Counted from the first letter of the stretch, positions 38,823 to 52,629 are shown. The stretch: 64,000 bases of DNA from Epiperipatus broadwayi (GCA_028023455.1 JAQFVV010000011.1:124001-188000), one strand, 5' to 3'. The notes: generated from the sequence alone by a model not told the origin. Translations and numbers: made by a program.

Positions 38823-41199
38823 GGCCGAACTAATACATAGGTATTTAGTATTATATTAAATATTATTTAGAAATTGATTTAAAAATTGCTTCAGGGAATG
38901 ATACAAATAAAACCTTCCTCGTGACCGCTCGTTTTACGTTTTATTATTTCTACCGGATGCTTCGTATTGTCTGATTTGCGGTAGTTGAGTAGCAGAAGAT
39001 ATTTTTCTTATACAGTATTTCTTTGTTTCTAATATTTTATGAAGAGTTTCTCATGAGCATACTTGCCATAAAATATACATTGTTTCCTTTTATATTTTCA
39101 ATCTATAGGATTTCCTGGACTTTTAATCAAGGTTTCCGGTAAATGTAACAATTTTCTTAGATAATTAATTTGTGGATGACAAGGATGTGTTATCCCAAAG
39201 GAAGACGCTCTTTTTAATTTGTATCCAATAATAAAAAAAAAGTGATTAAAATATATAATTGCCGGATAATCAATCTACAATAATTTCTAATTTTTAAAGT
39301 CCGTGCATGATTATTGTAAAATAAATACAGTAGAAATATATATTTTAATTTCCTTTATTTGCGTACAGTGCACTTTAGGAAGTATGTGGCGATATTTTAT
39401 AATGATCCCAGTTGCTACAAAAATAACTGACGTTTTAATATTAACTTTTTAAGTCAAGATAAAATCTGAGTTAAGCTAATATACAACTTAACAATTTGAG
39501 TTAAACGTAAGAGTCACAACATTCTATATTTAACATATTTTCTAAACTAGATACAATGAAATTTACTTTCCCTTTAGAAAGTTTGGAGGTAATTTAAAGA
39601 AAGGGCTATTTTAAAACTACTGACGAACGTGCCAGTTCATTACGAACCTGGCTATTTAGGCGATCCTTCTTGATTCTAAATACACTACCGTTTTGTTTAA
39701 ATTTGGCTGTGGGCGATCTTAGAAGAAATCAGCGGCTTACTGCTAAGAATGAGGTGAAAGGACTAGGATGGAAAAAAGATAAAAGCCGGATGAACTTCTC
39801 ATTTTAACAAAGAATTTTGTAACTTCGCGAAGAGTCCTCACGGCTAAGAATAACTCTGGCAAGGATAGTGACTTAACGATGCAGCTTGCATCACGGCCAA
39901 TAATAAGGAAGAATCACCAGTGGAAAAATAAAAGGACAATTCAAATCTTTGGAGAAAGTTAATTATTCATTTTCTTACGTAATTAATACTTGCATTAGGC
40001 TTGTTCATTAATACTATTTGCTTTTTATATTTTTATCAAAACTTTATTCAAATAATTGGAATGTTAAAAGCAATGTACGAAAAAAAAAAAAAAAGGAGCC
40101 TTCAAGCACGTAATCAGTCTTCTTATGTGGTCACTTTGACCAGGTCTTTTGTTTACAAATTCAATAGTACTTTTTTTTCTTTAAAAAAGAAAAAAAAAGC
40201 GGGAAAAAAATAAAAGGTTAAATTTGACCGCCACTTTTCTTTTGCCGACTTCAAAATTGTTAAATACGGTAGCTAATTTATTCAAATCTATCAATGAATC
40301 TTAAGTTTAATTAAAAGTAATTACTTTAACAAACTGATATAGAAATAAATTCTAGGATAATTATTTCATTAGATATTTATAGTTTGATAAATTTATTTCA
40401 ATCTTTAACTAAATCTTTGATTTAAATTTGATTAAAAATAATAAATATATAGAAATAAAATTGTATTTCACTAATACATTATAGGTTTAACATATATTCA
40501 TGCATATATGACGTCAAGAAAATAAAGATCTTGATAAGTATAATAATTTATTTACAAAAAAAAAAAAAAAAGCATAAATTAATTATCTTTCATTAAAAAT
40601 GTACAAATATTCCGGTTCAAGTTCGTCGGAAAAAACAAAACAATACAAAATTATATTTAACGTTCTCCCATATGGCGCTTAAACTTTTTTATAAGACAGA
40701 CTAGATTATTTCATTGTTTAGAAAAATAAATATATACGCATATATATATACAATATATAGATTATTGTATGTTTTAAATGAACCACCTTTCTAACAATTT
40801 TATATGCAGGATATACAAACACACATTCTACAAAAATTTGAAAGCAGAACTTAATTTCAAAATTGATTAATTCTTTACAAAATGAATTTAAGACAATTTG
40901 TAATCAGTTATGACAATTTGTAATAATAATTTTTTCTTTGTTACAATTTTTTTTTTTAATTAGCTTTATAAAAGATTTTCAGAGATATTTCTCAAAATGA
41001 GTTTGTAAAATATATATATAGTCTTACCTTTTAATAAAAAAATTATATTTTTTAAACATCAACAACAAAAATGAATAATTTTGCTATTTTTTTTTTTAAA
41101 TAATAATTTGTAAATATTTTTTTTCATTTAAATATTTTTATAACAATTTTTTTTTTCATTTCGTTTATTCCTTTCGCTTTTAAGTTATTTTTAATAAAC

Positions 41200-42108
41200 T
41201 TATATATCTTTAGGCATTTGTTTATTATCGGTTAATAAACTTACTATAGGTCGTTGCGGCCAGTCCGTGTTCGGATGGTATTCTCTGAAATGATTCTCTA
41301 ATTCAGTTTGAATGGAAAAGGATACGCGGCACCCCGAACACTTATATGGTGTAGCAAATATCCTTAATGACGACCTTTTTCTTTTTTTTATTGGAACTTT
41401 TTGAGAAAGTTTTCCATCATCGGAAAAGTCATTTTGTTCTATTTGTACTGGAGAACATTGCAAGCTTACATTTGTGGCGGAAGAAGTTTGATTTATTTTT
41501 GATTGCTCTGTTGCAAAATGCGCAAGAAAAGCTTGAGGATCTAAATACGCACACATTTGCTCGTTACGCGAATCGTGTACTGCATTATTAGAAAAACTAT
41601 GTAATTCAACAGGCATTTTATGATGAACTTTTTTATGCCTTTCTAAATTACTTTTATGGCTTGTAGCGTAGTGACAGAGGGAACATGCGAAATCCTTTTG
41701 TCCACTATGTACGCTAAGGTGTCGCTTAAGCAAAGCTTTCCGGCAAAAGTTTCTTCCGCAAAGATTGCAGCAGTACCCGTTTTTATGGAAAAGTAAGGAA
41801 TGATTTCGTAAGGCTGCTTTGCATGAAAAACGGGTATTACAGCATTCCAAAACACGTGCACTTTCTTCATGCATAGTAGAAATGTGTCTTTTTAAATTGT
41901 TCTTGCGATCCGTACTATAACTGCACAAATCACAGTCAAATAATTTTTTAGATCGCCCATCTTCTAAGGTCGAATCCGTGATTCCAAACTGGTGGTCCAT
42001 GGGCTGTAAAGAAGAAGAAACAGCGTGTGTTGACACCATACTGTCCGGAATCCCAAACTGATGGTCCATGGCCTGTAAAGTAGAGGTAATAGTATGTGTT
42101 GCCACCAT
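41200..42108 (-). CDS. C2H2 zinc-finger protein, 302 aa, single exon, uncharacterised
   Basis: Longest ORF in the window. Four clustered fingers (CDLC..HISTMH; atypical CC..HSLLFH; CNLC..HLSVH with SGQKDF linker; CSLC..HKKVH) plus a C-terminal finger (CSGC..HFREYH). KKRKR NLS-like motif. In-frame stop upstream of the ATG. Confidence 0.92.
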   Translation of the reverse strand: MVATHTITSTLQAMDHQFGIPDSMVSTHAVSSSLQPMDHQFGITDSTLEDGRSKKLFDCDLCSYSTDRKNNLKRHISTMHEESARVLECCNTRFSCKAALRNHSLLFHKNGYCCNLCGRNFCRKALLKRHLSVHSGQKDFACSLCHYATSHKSNLERHKKVHHKMPVELHSFSNNAVHDSRNEQMCAYLDPQAFLAHFATEQSKINQTSSATNVSLQCSPVQIEQNDFSDDGKLSQKVPIKKRKRSSLRIFATPYKCSGCRVSFSIQTELENHFREYHPNTDWPQRPIVSLLTDNKQMPKDI

Positions 42109-42239
42109 TTCATCTTTTCTCGGAATGACTTTGAAAATTAATTAAATGAAATACAAGTAGTCGCATTATTTCTAGTCTTAAAAACCGGACGAAGATTTAC
42201 CCAAAAGAAAATCTAAAAGCTGTACTATTAAATAATCCC

Positions 42240-42540
42240 TCGAGAGTTTTTTTTTCCCCATTAAAAGAGCGAAATCTATTTCAGGAGTAAATTTTTTATT
42301 CACTTTTGGATGTGGTCTTTACAGCACTAGCAGAGCTTTAGTAATGCCCGCAGTGCTTCGGGCGAGTTCGCAGGGGCACGAACAAGTATAAACCACCGAC
42401 CTACTCGGCAGCAGTTGTGCTGGCGGAACTAAATGACAGGTCTAGCAGTGGTGGAATTTGGATTCTTATAGTCTTTTATTGTAAATGTTAAAGTAGATAT
42501 TAAATTGTCATACCGGCACGTGACTACTAATATCTAAACA
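42240..42540 (-). promoter_or_regulatory. Probable promoter/5' UTR region of the zinc-finger gene
   Basis: Locally GC- and CpG-rich just upstream of the ORF. TCATTT Inr-like motif on the minus strand at about 42431-42436 and a CACGTG E-box at about 42517. Confidence 0.35.
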
Positions 42541-43004
42541 AAAAAACTTTCTGAATTATTTTTTTTTTCATGTGTGTAATAATTCTAATTAAATATGGCT
42601 AAATTGCATAATTTGCATAACAGTGAATATATAATATGTAACGATTTTCCCAGCTGTTAACTATTTCACATTTGCAGACTATATTGTCAATCTAGGTTAA
42701 TGATTGTAATTATTAATTTTAGTGTTGTTGTTTAAGTTACGTAAGGCAATAGATAGAAAACTAGAAATTTCCGGTCGTACTATTAAAAAGATTGGATGGT
42801 ATTGATGACTTTGTAAGAGAAATAAACAATATTATGGATGTGTGTGTGTCTATTTTTTTTTTAAAAAAAAAACAACAACCACGGAATATTGTAATTAAAT
42901 ATGCTGTATTTGCAAATTCTAAATAAATAATTTAAATAAAGAACTTTAAAAAAATAATATTAACATTTATTTTTTAAAACTAAAATCTCTAACATTTTCA
43001 ATCA

Positions 43005-43730
43005 TTGTTAATCCACTGTACGATAAAGGTCACTTCAAGTTTAATTTAAGTTTCTCCGATTTCTAGCTTCTTTTTTTCACATCATACCAGCAAACTTCCT
43101 GATTTCATCCATGCATTTTCCACATGGTCTCTTTCTAGATCTTTTACACACTCTTGGGATCCAATTTAAAACTATAACTGTTGTGATTTCTTTTAGCAGG
43201 ATATCCAGCTCAGCACCATCTTAAACTTTTAATTATTTTAATGAAACTTATTTGTTCTCTTACTTGTGTATTTGTTCTATTTTATTTTCGATATCTTCCT
43301 GTTACTCTTAACACACATCTCTCTATACATTGCTGAGTTGTTTAAAGTTACTGTTTTGTTTTTCTGTTAAGTGTCCAAGTCTTAAATCCCTAAGTAAAAA
43401 TTGGTAAAACATTTCTATTAAAAATCTTCCCTTTCAAAAGCATAGATATATTTTCTTTTAATATGAAGTTATTTTTTATCAAAAGCACTCTATCCACGTT
43501 TAAATGTACAATTTCATCAATATTAATAATCTCACCAAGTTATTTGTAATTGCTAAATTTTTCTAATTTATAATTGTCAATCTTTATTTTTTCTGAGAAA
43601 ATATATGGAACATTAGTTTATCTTTAGTTACCTTTTTATCTAATAACTCTTATAAGATTTCCAGAAAATGTGAAGCATTATTTTCAAAAACAGCATTATC
43701 TACAAACTTTAGATGATTTAAATTAATCTC
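43005..43730 (-). mobile_element. RTE LINE 3' fragment, same family as 16270-16682
   Basis: Minus strand NWIPRVCKRSRKRPCGKCMDEIRKFAGMM*KKEARNRR with a matching 3' end. Confidence 0.85.
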
Positions 43731-43770
43731 CATTAATTAACTTTTATTCTATTAACACTCTGCCCTACCT

Positions 43771-44005
43771 TACTCTCAAATTAAAACAGGCAAAACTTAC
43801 TATATATATATTGCCACACACAGCAAGCCAGAGTAATCAATGGATGTCAGAAGGCTTATGCATAAAATCCCCATCTAGTGCCTACTCATCCAATATCCCC
43901 AGACTACTTTCTGGCTTATGGTCTTCATCAGTGAGGAGCCTTGGATCTGAGAGCAAACCTTCTGGCATCCATTGATCACTCTGGCTTGCTGTGTGTGGCA
44001 ATATA
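43771..44005 (-). mobile_element. Family A fragment with HHR (43888-43946) inside a fold-back
   Basis: Minus strand atccaaggctcctca CTGATGA agaccataagcca GAAA gtaGTC tggggatattggat. 43956-44005 is an inverted copy of 43808-43857. Confidence 0.9.
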
Positions 44006-47000
44006 TTGTAACATAAATTTAAGGGAGTTCAAAAGAAATATTATTAAAGAGAAATCAATTGTATATTAAAATATCATTGGATTTGTCAAAATCCAAATAT
44101 TATTAAAATCTCAAATATTCAAATATTATATTCATTGTAACTTAATAAAGAAGATCAAACGATCCAAATGTATTAAATAATTATGAAAAGATTCAAATAT
44201 AAATCTTGTAACTAATAAACGAAAAGCATTGTAGCTTAAATTAAATTATGAGAAGAATACCTGAGTAGTGGCTATTAAACAAAAAGATCAGACTGAGTTA
44301 TCACTCCTATTAAGGGTCATTGGATTAAATGAAACATACTTCTATAATTAGATTCCTCAAGATATCACAATATCAATAATTATAAACAAATTATTAATAA
44401 CAACTATTATAACTCAGGTATATGGAAACCATGTGAGGTGAGTACACTAGTAACTCAATAAAATATCTGCTCAGTTATACAGACAGTAGATTTTATCCAC
44501 TTTCATTTCTTGGTCTGATGTTAAGTGCATATCCAAACAAATACCAAGTGAATATGGTCTAGCAGGGCGCCACTAGATTATTTGAATCTAGACACAGTTA
44601 TATCTAATAACCTTTTCACATGTACCGGGTTTGAATCCCTTTTTGGTACTTTATTTCTAATAAACATGGAAGATTTTGCTTTTTAGAGCCATATCACTGT
44701 ATGCACTAATATCTAAGTAAGCATAAAACATCTTTAAACTAAAGTGGAATTCATTAGGCATAAATCATTTCTTAGACCTTAGCATAACAAATGTGTTTCA
44801 ATATTTTTTTTTATAAGTTTTACTAGCTCAGATTACTATTAATTTAGGATGGCAATTCACTCATCCTTGCATGAAATAGATGATGGAATGGTGGTTATAA
44901 TATTATTAAGAAATCACTAAATATTATGAAATCAATATTTATTTATGGCCTTTGAACATTTAAACAGCTCATTAATTAAAACGTGATGATGATGATGATG
45001 ATAATGATAACGATAATGACAATGGTTTCAACCACAGTTTTAGGACTGAGCCTAAACATAAAACCTAATTTTTATAAAGAAATTCATAATTATTGTTAAT
45101 CTTAGCATATTTAATCATATCTTAAACAACTAATATTCAACCATTGATGATGAATGATCACACTTACTAAAGACTACTCTTAATGAAATATATACGCCTC
45201 GTTTAATAATATAAACTAATATTTATTACTGCATTTCTATACATGAAAATTTATATTAACAATAACAACAATAATCATAATCGACTGTTTTAAAATCATA
45301 ACATTAAATTTTGAATTCTTCCCCCTTTCCCGTAAATGTATTTCAAACGTATATTGTATTAAATTGGGGTAACCTATTTGTTAAAATGTTCCATCCACAA
45401 GAAAAGTATTTCATAAAACAAAATATCCACTCATTGGCACACATACTTTATAAATCTAACACGTAAGTAGAATGACAAAAATAAATGTTAGTAAAATTGG
45501 AAAGAGCAAGTTTTAGAAACAAGTTTTAATTATTTTCTCCCTCTCTCTTCTACCTCTGAAATGCTATACTTTAACTTGAAACAAAATAATCTAATATTTT
45601 AATACTACTTATTACTTCACATTTACTCGCAATTATACACATATAAATATTATTATGTATGTGCATGTTTTATCCCATAATAGCAAAATATTATTTAAAA
45701 CCAAAATAATAATACAAAAAATTATTTTACACATTAATATTTCATAACTGTAAATTAATAAACAAATAATTTTGATACATTCAAGATCATTTATGGAGCT
45801 CAAGGCTATTATTAGTAAGAAATTATTGTTTTTAATCGATCTGAATTGTCTTTAAAAGTTCTTTAAATAAACTATACCACTTTATTGCTAAAAGTTTATT
45901 AAGACTCTGATATCATAAAGAAAATATATCAAAAAAATTTTTTATACTACCAGTTCTTTGTAGCGACTTCTAATGATCAATTTTCTCTTGTTCAATGTCT
46001 ATCTTTGGCAGCAACAATTTCCGTGTTTCTTTGAAATAATCTCTTTCTTAAAGTGTATAATTATTTGATGATGATGATCCTATTGAGGTTATTTGCTTTA
46101 GTGGACAATTTGGAAATCTTTATATTAATTTTTCTTCTCTTCCTGTCAAGCATGATTCTTTTAGTGAATGAAATACAGCAGTTGTTTTCACGTTTATAAA
46201 TTTCCTGGGTTTTAAACTCAGTTGCTAGAACAATTAATTGGACTTGATGATTAATATTTATCAGTAGATTAATTCATCTTTCTGATCTTCGAATGCAGGT
46301 GAATGTTTTCTTCTTTCTATTTAAAAACATCTTATTTCTCTGGTCAGTTGAAAGGTGTAGAATATTATTTTTCAGACAAGACATCTTTTCTTTCCTATAT
46401 GATCTGCAGCTCCCCGATGGTCAGGTTTTGATGGGACACATATATAATTTTTCTACCCCGTCATTTCTTATATTTTCAGCATTCAAAACTTCATAAAAAA
46501 TGATTTAAAAAAAACAACTATCTAGCAGAACTAAAAATGTTTGTCTGCTTTAGTTTCAATAATTTTTAAAAGGTCTCTCTCACAATATTTTATAATAACA
46601 ATAATCTAATAATAGTCTAATAATAGCTCAACCGATTTTCCAGACTGCTTTTATATCCGATTTTTGAGTCAACTCACCCAATTAGAGTGATAGTGTGAAT
46701 TGCTATTTTTGATCAACTCAAAAAATCACACACCTGGTTTTCAGACACTTTTGTCTAAAAAAAAAAAAGATTTAACCCTTTTTTCTTACGTATATCTGTA
46801 ATATCTAAAATTGGAGATTCTTTTCTCTAATCTTAAGATAAGACAGTTTCAAAATTAGAGTTCCCACCAAGCTTAAGCTCCCAAAATGACAATCATTTAC
46901 AAAAACAAAATTGCTACAAAAATAAATATCTGATTCAACAGATTTCCTCTTTTAACATAAAATTGTACAAAAAATAATTTGACAGATTTAACCCTTCCTT

Positions 47001-47562
47001 TTCTTTCAATATTTAATAAATGTAAATTTCTGTATGTAATGTACACACATACTTTATCATTTAAAATCATTCATAAACTAACATTAAATAATATAATTGC
47101 TAGCTTAGTAATTATAACCCTAATATTTAAAATTAAATCTGTGACTTTTTCAATTCCCACTTACAATTATAGAAAAGCAAAATAGAAGTATAGAATAAGA
47201 TATTAGAATTGATCAAGCATAGGTTAGTTTTAAAGAAAGTTAAATATCTGAAATATAAAACAATCAATAGCTTACACATATACTGCCTATACGTATGCAT
47301 TATAACTTTGCTTTTTAACAGAAAAATTTAATATTGAATAGTTTAATTATGTGTATTACCTTTCTATCAACACACAAACAAATAAAGAATATAATTGTTG
47401 ACCCACTCTCTTTCTGTCTAAAGCTTTTAGAACTGGATCTTGTAGGGTTTAAACTTGGATGCCCTACAGCTTCCTTTTTTTATATAAAAAAATGTGATGA
47501 TGATTTTTGTTCATTTTCTCTTGTGCACATTACTATAAATTTAGCTAATGACTAAATTGTAA

Positions 47563-47644
47563 TGGCACAACATATAGTGAGTTTTGTCTGTTTTAACAAC
47601 AGTTATACACAAGCATAAGAGGAGGCGGTCATGTGATGTTTATT
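47563..47644 (+). mobile_element. Family A short fragment (no HHR)
   Basis: atatagtgagttttgtctgttttaacaacagttatacacaagcataagaggagg.gtcatgtgatgtttatt matches 19546-19620. Confidence 0.8.
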
Positions 47645-48059
47645 ATTCTCAAATGTAAATCTTTTTAATATCACAATGTAATATAAATTACTGTTGCATT
47701 GTGATAAATATTCTTCAAAATATGACAATATGCTAGGTTCTACATTTTGATAGTCTGAAATTTTAATCAAATACCTTTTCATAATCTATAAATCCAAAGC
47801 CTAATGGCAACTTAATATGACTTCTTTAGATACATGGATGTAACTCATTAAACCTATTTTTAAATCAGTTTTTTTTTTTACTTGTTTTAATTGGTTAGAA
47901 TCCAAAGTTCACTATAGACAAGTTGTAATATTTTGGTAAGGATTTTGTGTTGAATTGATAGAAGACTGATAAGTCTATAATTTCTAATATCTTCTTTGTC
48001 ACTTTTCTTAAATATCAATATTACTATTACATTCTTCTAATCATCTGGCGTTATTGGAA

Positions 48060-48185
48060 AAACTCTCCATACAGTAGCGTCACTCGGTGCAAACCAGAGT
48101 AATCAATGGATGTTGGAAGGTTTGTGCATAAAGTCCTTATTTTCCCAGACTAGTTTATAGCTTATGACTTTCATCAGTGAGAAGT
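48060..48185 (-). mobile_element. Family A fragment with degenerate HHR (GAAA changed to TAAA)
   Basis: Minus strand ttctca CTGATGA aagtcataagcta TAAA ctaGTC tgggaa (48138-48184). Confidence 0.8.
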
Positions 48186-48249
48186 TACTGCATTGAGAGT
48201 TTTGCCTCTGTGTAAACAGCTTGTGTAAGCATAAAGAATGGTGTTCTAT

Positions 48250-50400
48250 GATATTTAGTGATTTAAACTTTGTCAATAATTTTTCTATTTATTCACCTTC
48301 TTTTAAGATATTAATAATTCCCTTTTTCATATCACTTCTTTGTATATTTAACATGTCTCACTTCATTTAAATTATGGAAAATTCAGATATAATAAATATA
48401 GATCATAGTTTGCTCTCTTGTTCTTTATTATTATATAGTTCTTTGTAAATTTCTTCCACACATTTCATAATGTTATCTTTTTTTTAATAGTAGCTTTATC
48501 TTTTCTTCTTATTGAAGAAGTAACTTTTTCCCCCCAATACCAAGATTTTGATTTACAATTTTGAGATTTTTATTCTTGTCCATGGCTTTTATTGAAAATC
48601 CACAAATATATTTTTTAATATCAGTATTAATTTTTTTTTTGTAGCATTTTACAAAATTCCAGATATTTAATTCCTACATATGTATATATGTTCAGTTTTT
48701 TTTTATAAAATCCCATTAGCAAATCCATCTTCTTCTAGAGTTCTGGAAAGATAAAGATTCATCTTTCAATGCTGCAGAAGTTTTTATCCGATCTTTATGA
48801 CTATTAGGAATTTGAAGACCTCTTGCTAATTTTACATAGTTAATGCATCTTTTTAAATGCATTTTTTTAAAAGTATTTTAATAACATCTGTTAAAAATTA
48901 TTAATTTATAATATATATGCAATTTGTCATGATATGGGAAACTTAGTAGAAACAGTGCATTTAATGGAGTAAGCTTGTAATCTTTTTGTTCAACATGGAC
49001 CTCTGATTAGATGACTTATCTATAGAAGAAGAAGCCAATAATATATTTAATTTCTATTAATGAATCATTTTAAAGTATTTTGATATTTCTTTTTTTCCCT
49101 TCATATATTGTGTTGTCTCCATAGAAAATTTATTGGAGAATTACATTTTATATTAGCTATACCTTTGTTACATATCTTAAAAATGTATCTATTATCTTCT
49201 TACTGATTTCATTCAAATTTGAATCATCTTTAAAGAACAAATAGTGGCTCATACTATAAATCCTCCCAAAATCTAAATCAGTTTAGTGGGATTGAAATTC
49301 AAGAGCCAAGAAATAAGTCATCATAATTCATCTAGCAGAAGAGCTAAAGCAGCCCAACAGGGGTACAAGAGGGGAAGAAGTCAATAGGATACTTCCAACA
49401 GAGTCAAAGTCCTAGTGCAGTGTCCACCAAAGGTCCAAAGAGAGTCTCATGAGATTTAAAAGACCATAAGAATATACACATTATTTATTTTATTATTTGA
49501 TTGCTGGAGCAACCTTTCACCCACTCACACACAATAACTCAATATATGACATTATCTTATTAATTTTTGTCTCTGCAACTTTGCATTAGTACATATTATG
49601 TATCTTATTGTTCATAATCATTTCCTGCAATGAATATATTAAAAATATTACAATCTCAAAATACATATTTTCTGTTACCAAATAATATCCAATTTGATGG
49701 TACCTGCATTTAAATGCTTTTATATCCATTTCTGTTTAGGTTTTTTTCTCAATGAAAGTGAAGTTAATTTTTTTATGTTAATTCCACAAATCTGTGCTCT
49801 CTCTCTTATTTCTATCACCATAACCAAATTTACAGAATTTTTATCCATCAATCATTTATAGTTATAAAATTTTGGTTGTGTTATTTAGTGAAGTGGTAGA
49901 ATATCAGGCTCTGGTGAGTAAAGTGTTCAGATTAATGCTAGTTATGACTTCCAAACCTCAGACTTTTTATGATTTGACTTTTAAAGTCCTCTCTACTTTT
50001 TCATCCCAATGAGAACTTATTGAGACATAAACCTTAAATATTTTCATTTGGTACCTTTCACTCATAACTAATTTTGCCATTCTGTCTAATATACCATAAA
50101 TGTTGTTTTTCACTTTTTATTTGTAATAAATCCCACTCCATTTGTCTTTAAAATATATGTGCTTCTGTTAGTAAAGTACATGTCCATTTTTTTAAAATCA
50201 ATTGTCTCTTCACCTTTTTTTCTAACTTTATAAAGTCTAATAAAAGCCTCATTTAATATTAGTTCTTTTTCCAATTCATACAATCTTCTTTTGCTTAAAA
50301 GTGATCTGTAGTTATAAATACCTAAACAAAAAGTCATCAAATGATAGCATGAGTTCGCAATCAGAGAATCCTTAGTCCTTCCTTGACTGGTGACTTTATA
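48250..50400 (-). mobile_element. Decayed RTE LINE 5' half (APE endonuclease and linker)
   Basis: ORF 50110-50340 LGIYNYRSL...LYELEKEL...VRKKGEETI...GVGFI. Further patches KIFKVYVSISSHWDEKVE, FGYGDRN and IMKCVEEIYKELY. Confidence 0.75.
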
Positions 50401-52587
50401 GCCTTCAGGGAATAAAGACTATAATTTAGTTTTGTCTACCATGATATGTAAATGTCTTGAAGAAATCATTAGCACATCCATTGTATGCTTCAAGAAAATT
50501 CAATTGATATTTCAGTTAAAAACTATCAGGCAACTTAGAAGAACTAATTCTTGTCTTTTTAATAATATGGTAGTTGTTCCTCAAGTGAAATTTTAGAACC
50601 TTTACGTTTTAAAGTTTTTATGTGTGATGTTGATCAAAACATAAAAAATAGTATGATACTAATGCTGATGATTGTAAGTTATTCAAAACAATTATTACTT
50701 ATAATGATTGCATTGATCTTTAAAGGATTGGTATAAGTTTAACAGTTTGGTGATTAATATTAATAAAGCATGTATTGTTTTCTATACTAATAAAACTAAA
50801 AAATCTGTTTATCAATATAAAATTAAGAATGGTATTTTTACATATAAATAGATTATATCTGATTTAGGAATTACGTTTTGTAACAATTTAGTTTACATTG
50901 CACATATTAAGTATATTATTAATAAAGCTTACAGAAAGATGGGATATATTTTGAGATATGGAAGAGATCTATCTCTTTACATAAAATATGTCTTTTTTCT
51001 TCTTATTGTGTTACTTTTGGAATATGGTTTTTCACTATGGAATTTGAATTTAATTCGCTATGGTTGTGGAAAAAAGATTCATTAAATTAATAAAGGGGGA
51101 ATGTGTAAATCTTAAAACAATATTGAAAGAAAGAATAGTAAAAATTATGGTATTGTTGAAAAAGTTAATTGATGAGAAAAATGATATGAGGAATGTTTAT
51201 CGAAAATATAATTAACAAGTATTTAGTCGTAAGTTAAGAGAAATGTATATTTTCGATATTAATAAACGCAAAAATACTTTCCTAAATAATCTGAATTTTA
51301 ATAATATTGATATTTTTTTGTGATTAATTTATTATGAATATTATGAAAGAACTAAATTTATAGTTGATAACATACATGTATATACAATCTTTTGTATATA
51401 ATTTTGTAATTATTTGTTTATTTTTTGTTTATTGTGTATTTTTGTTAAAGCGTGAATGTTGAAATGCACATAACAAATAGATATGGAATTGAATTATTAT
51501 TTTGTTATACATCACAGTCTAAGGGTTGAATGATTGGTCCATCCACTTCCTATAAACTAGTGTTTGAATCTGGGTGAATTAAAATATTTTAGCTTTCAAT
51601 CAATTTCAGATTTTTAAGGCTGAATAGTCTAACCAGTCTTTTAAGATTGGTAAATAAATACAAGTTGTCTAATTATTCTGTAGTCTAATTATTCTTAGAG
51701 AAAGATAAAACAAAGATGAATAAAACATTTAAACTCTCAACAACTGGTAATTTGCAAATCTGATAAGTACTTTCTCCTTTCTGTTCTTTTACAATGGGCT
51801 ATTGCAGAAACTTTGTTCAATTTTTAATGGCTGACTGCTTAAACCTTTATAGTACATATTCAACTTTTTTCAATTAAAAGGTTTCTTTTATTATATATAA
51901 ATAGAAAGTTGATTGAGTCTTTTAGACAAAGTTTCCATTTCTAATTTTCTCTATCCTTTTTTTTTACGTATGTGTACATACTCTTGTATTACCATGTAAA
52001 TATTCTTGCTACAATGAAAAGTCTTCTATTCAAAACGCTTTTTTTTTTTTTTAAAAGAGATCCAAATTTAGATATTAGAACAATTTGTGCCAAGAACAAA
52101 ACATAGTAAAGTGCTACAAACAATGATCGAAACGTTAACTTTAATCTTATTGATTTCAGAAAGAAAATCACACCCATAATTTTTATAATTCAAAATTAAA
52201 ATGTATATAAATATATATTATTTTGCCACATTAATAGTGACAATGGGGTGTATTTGCTTACTCATATTTCTATTTTTTAATTACAGACACAACAGTTTTA
52301 ACTTAAATCTCTTAACTCATACTTAACTTTTTTGTATGTCTTTCTACTTTGGGGCGTGTTGTAAGAGTGACTTTTAATGACAGACAATTTTGTATGTAAG
52401 TAATAAAATTGTTGCAGTTAAATAGTTGCATGCTGAGATAAATATTCCATGATGTTATATGCATATAAGCTTATAGTTCATTAGTTTGCAACAGTAATCA
52501 TTGAGTGAATACATTAAGTTCCCTTTATACTTCCAGACCAGTGATCTAATTGTACTAAAAGAAGAAATAATTTAAAAACTCTCTAAT

Positions 52588-52629
52588 GGGAAATACTGTG
52601 ATAACTTTGGGAAATACTGTGATAACTTT
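52588..52629. repeat. Perfect 21-bp tandem duplication
   Basis: gggaaatactgtgataacttt x2. Confidence 0.95.

Noticed and set aside
39622-39650. CTGACGA followed by GAAC
   Set aside because: No stem II and no GAAA.
46300-46490. Possible piggyBac C-terminal relic (IRNDGVE) on the minus strand
   Set aside because: Too short and decayed, with no TTAA-bounded TIR pair.
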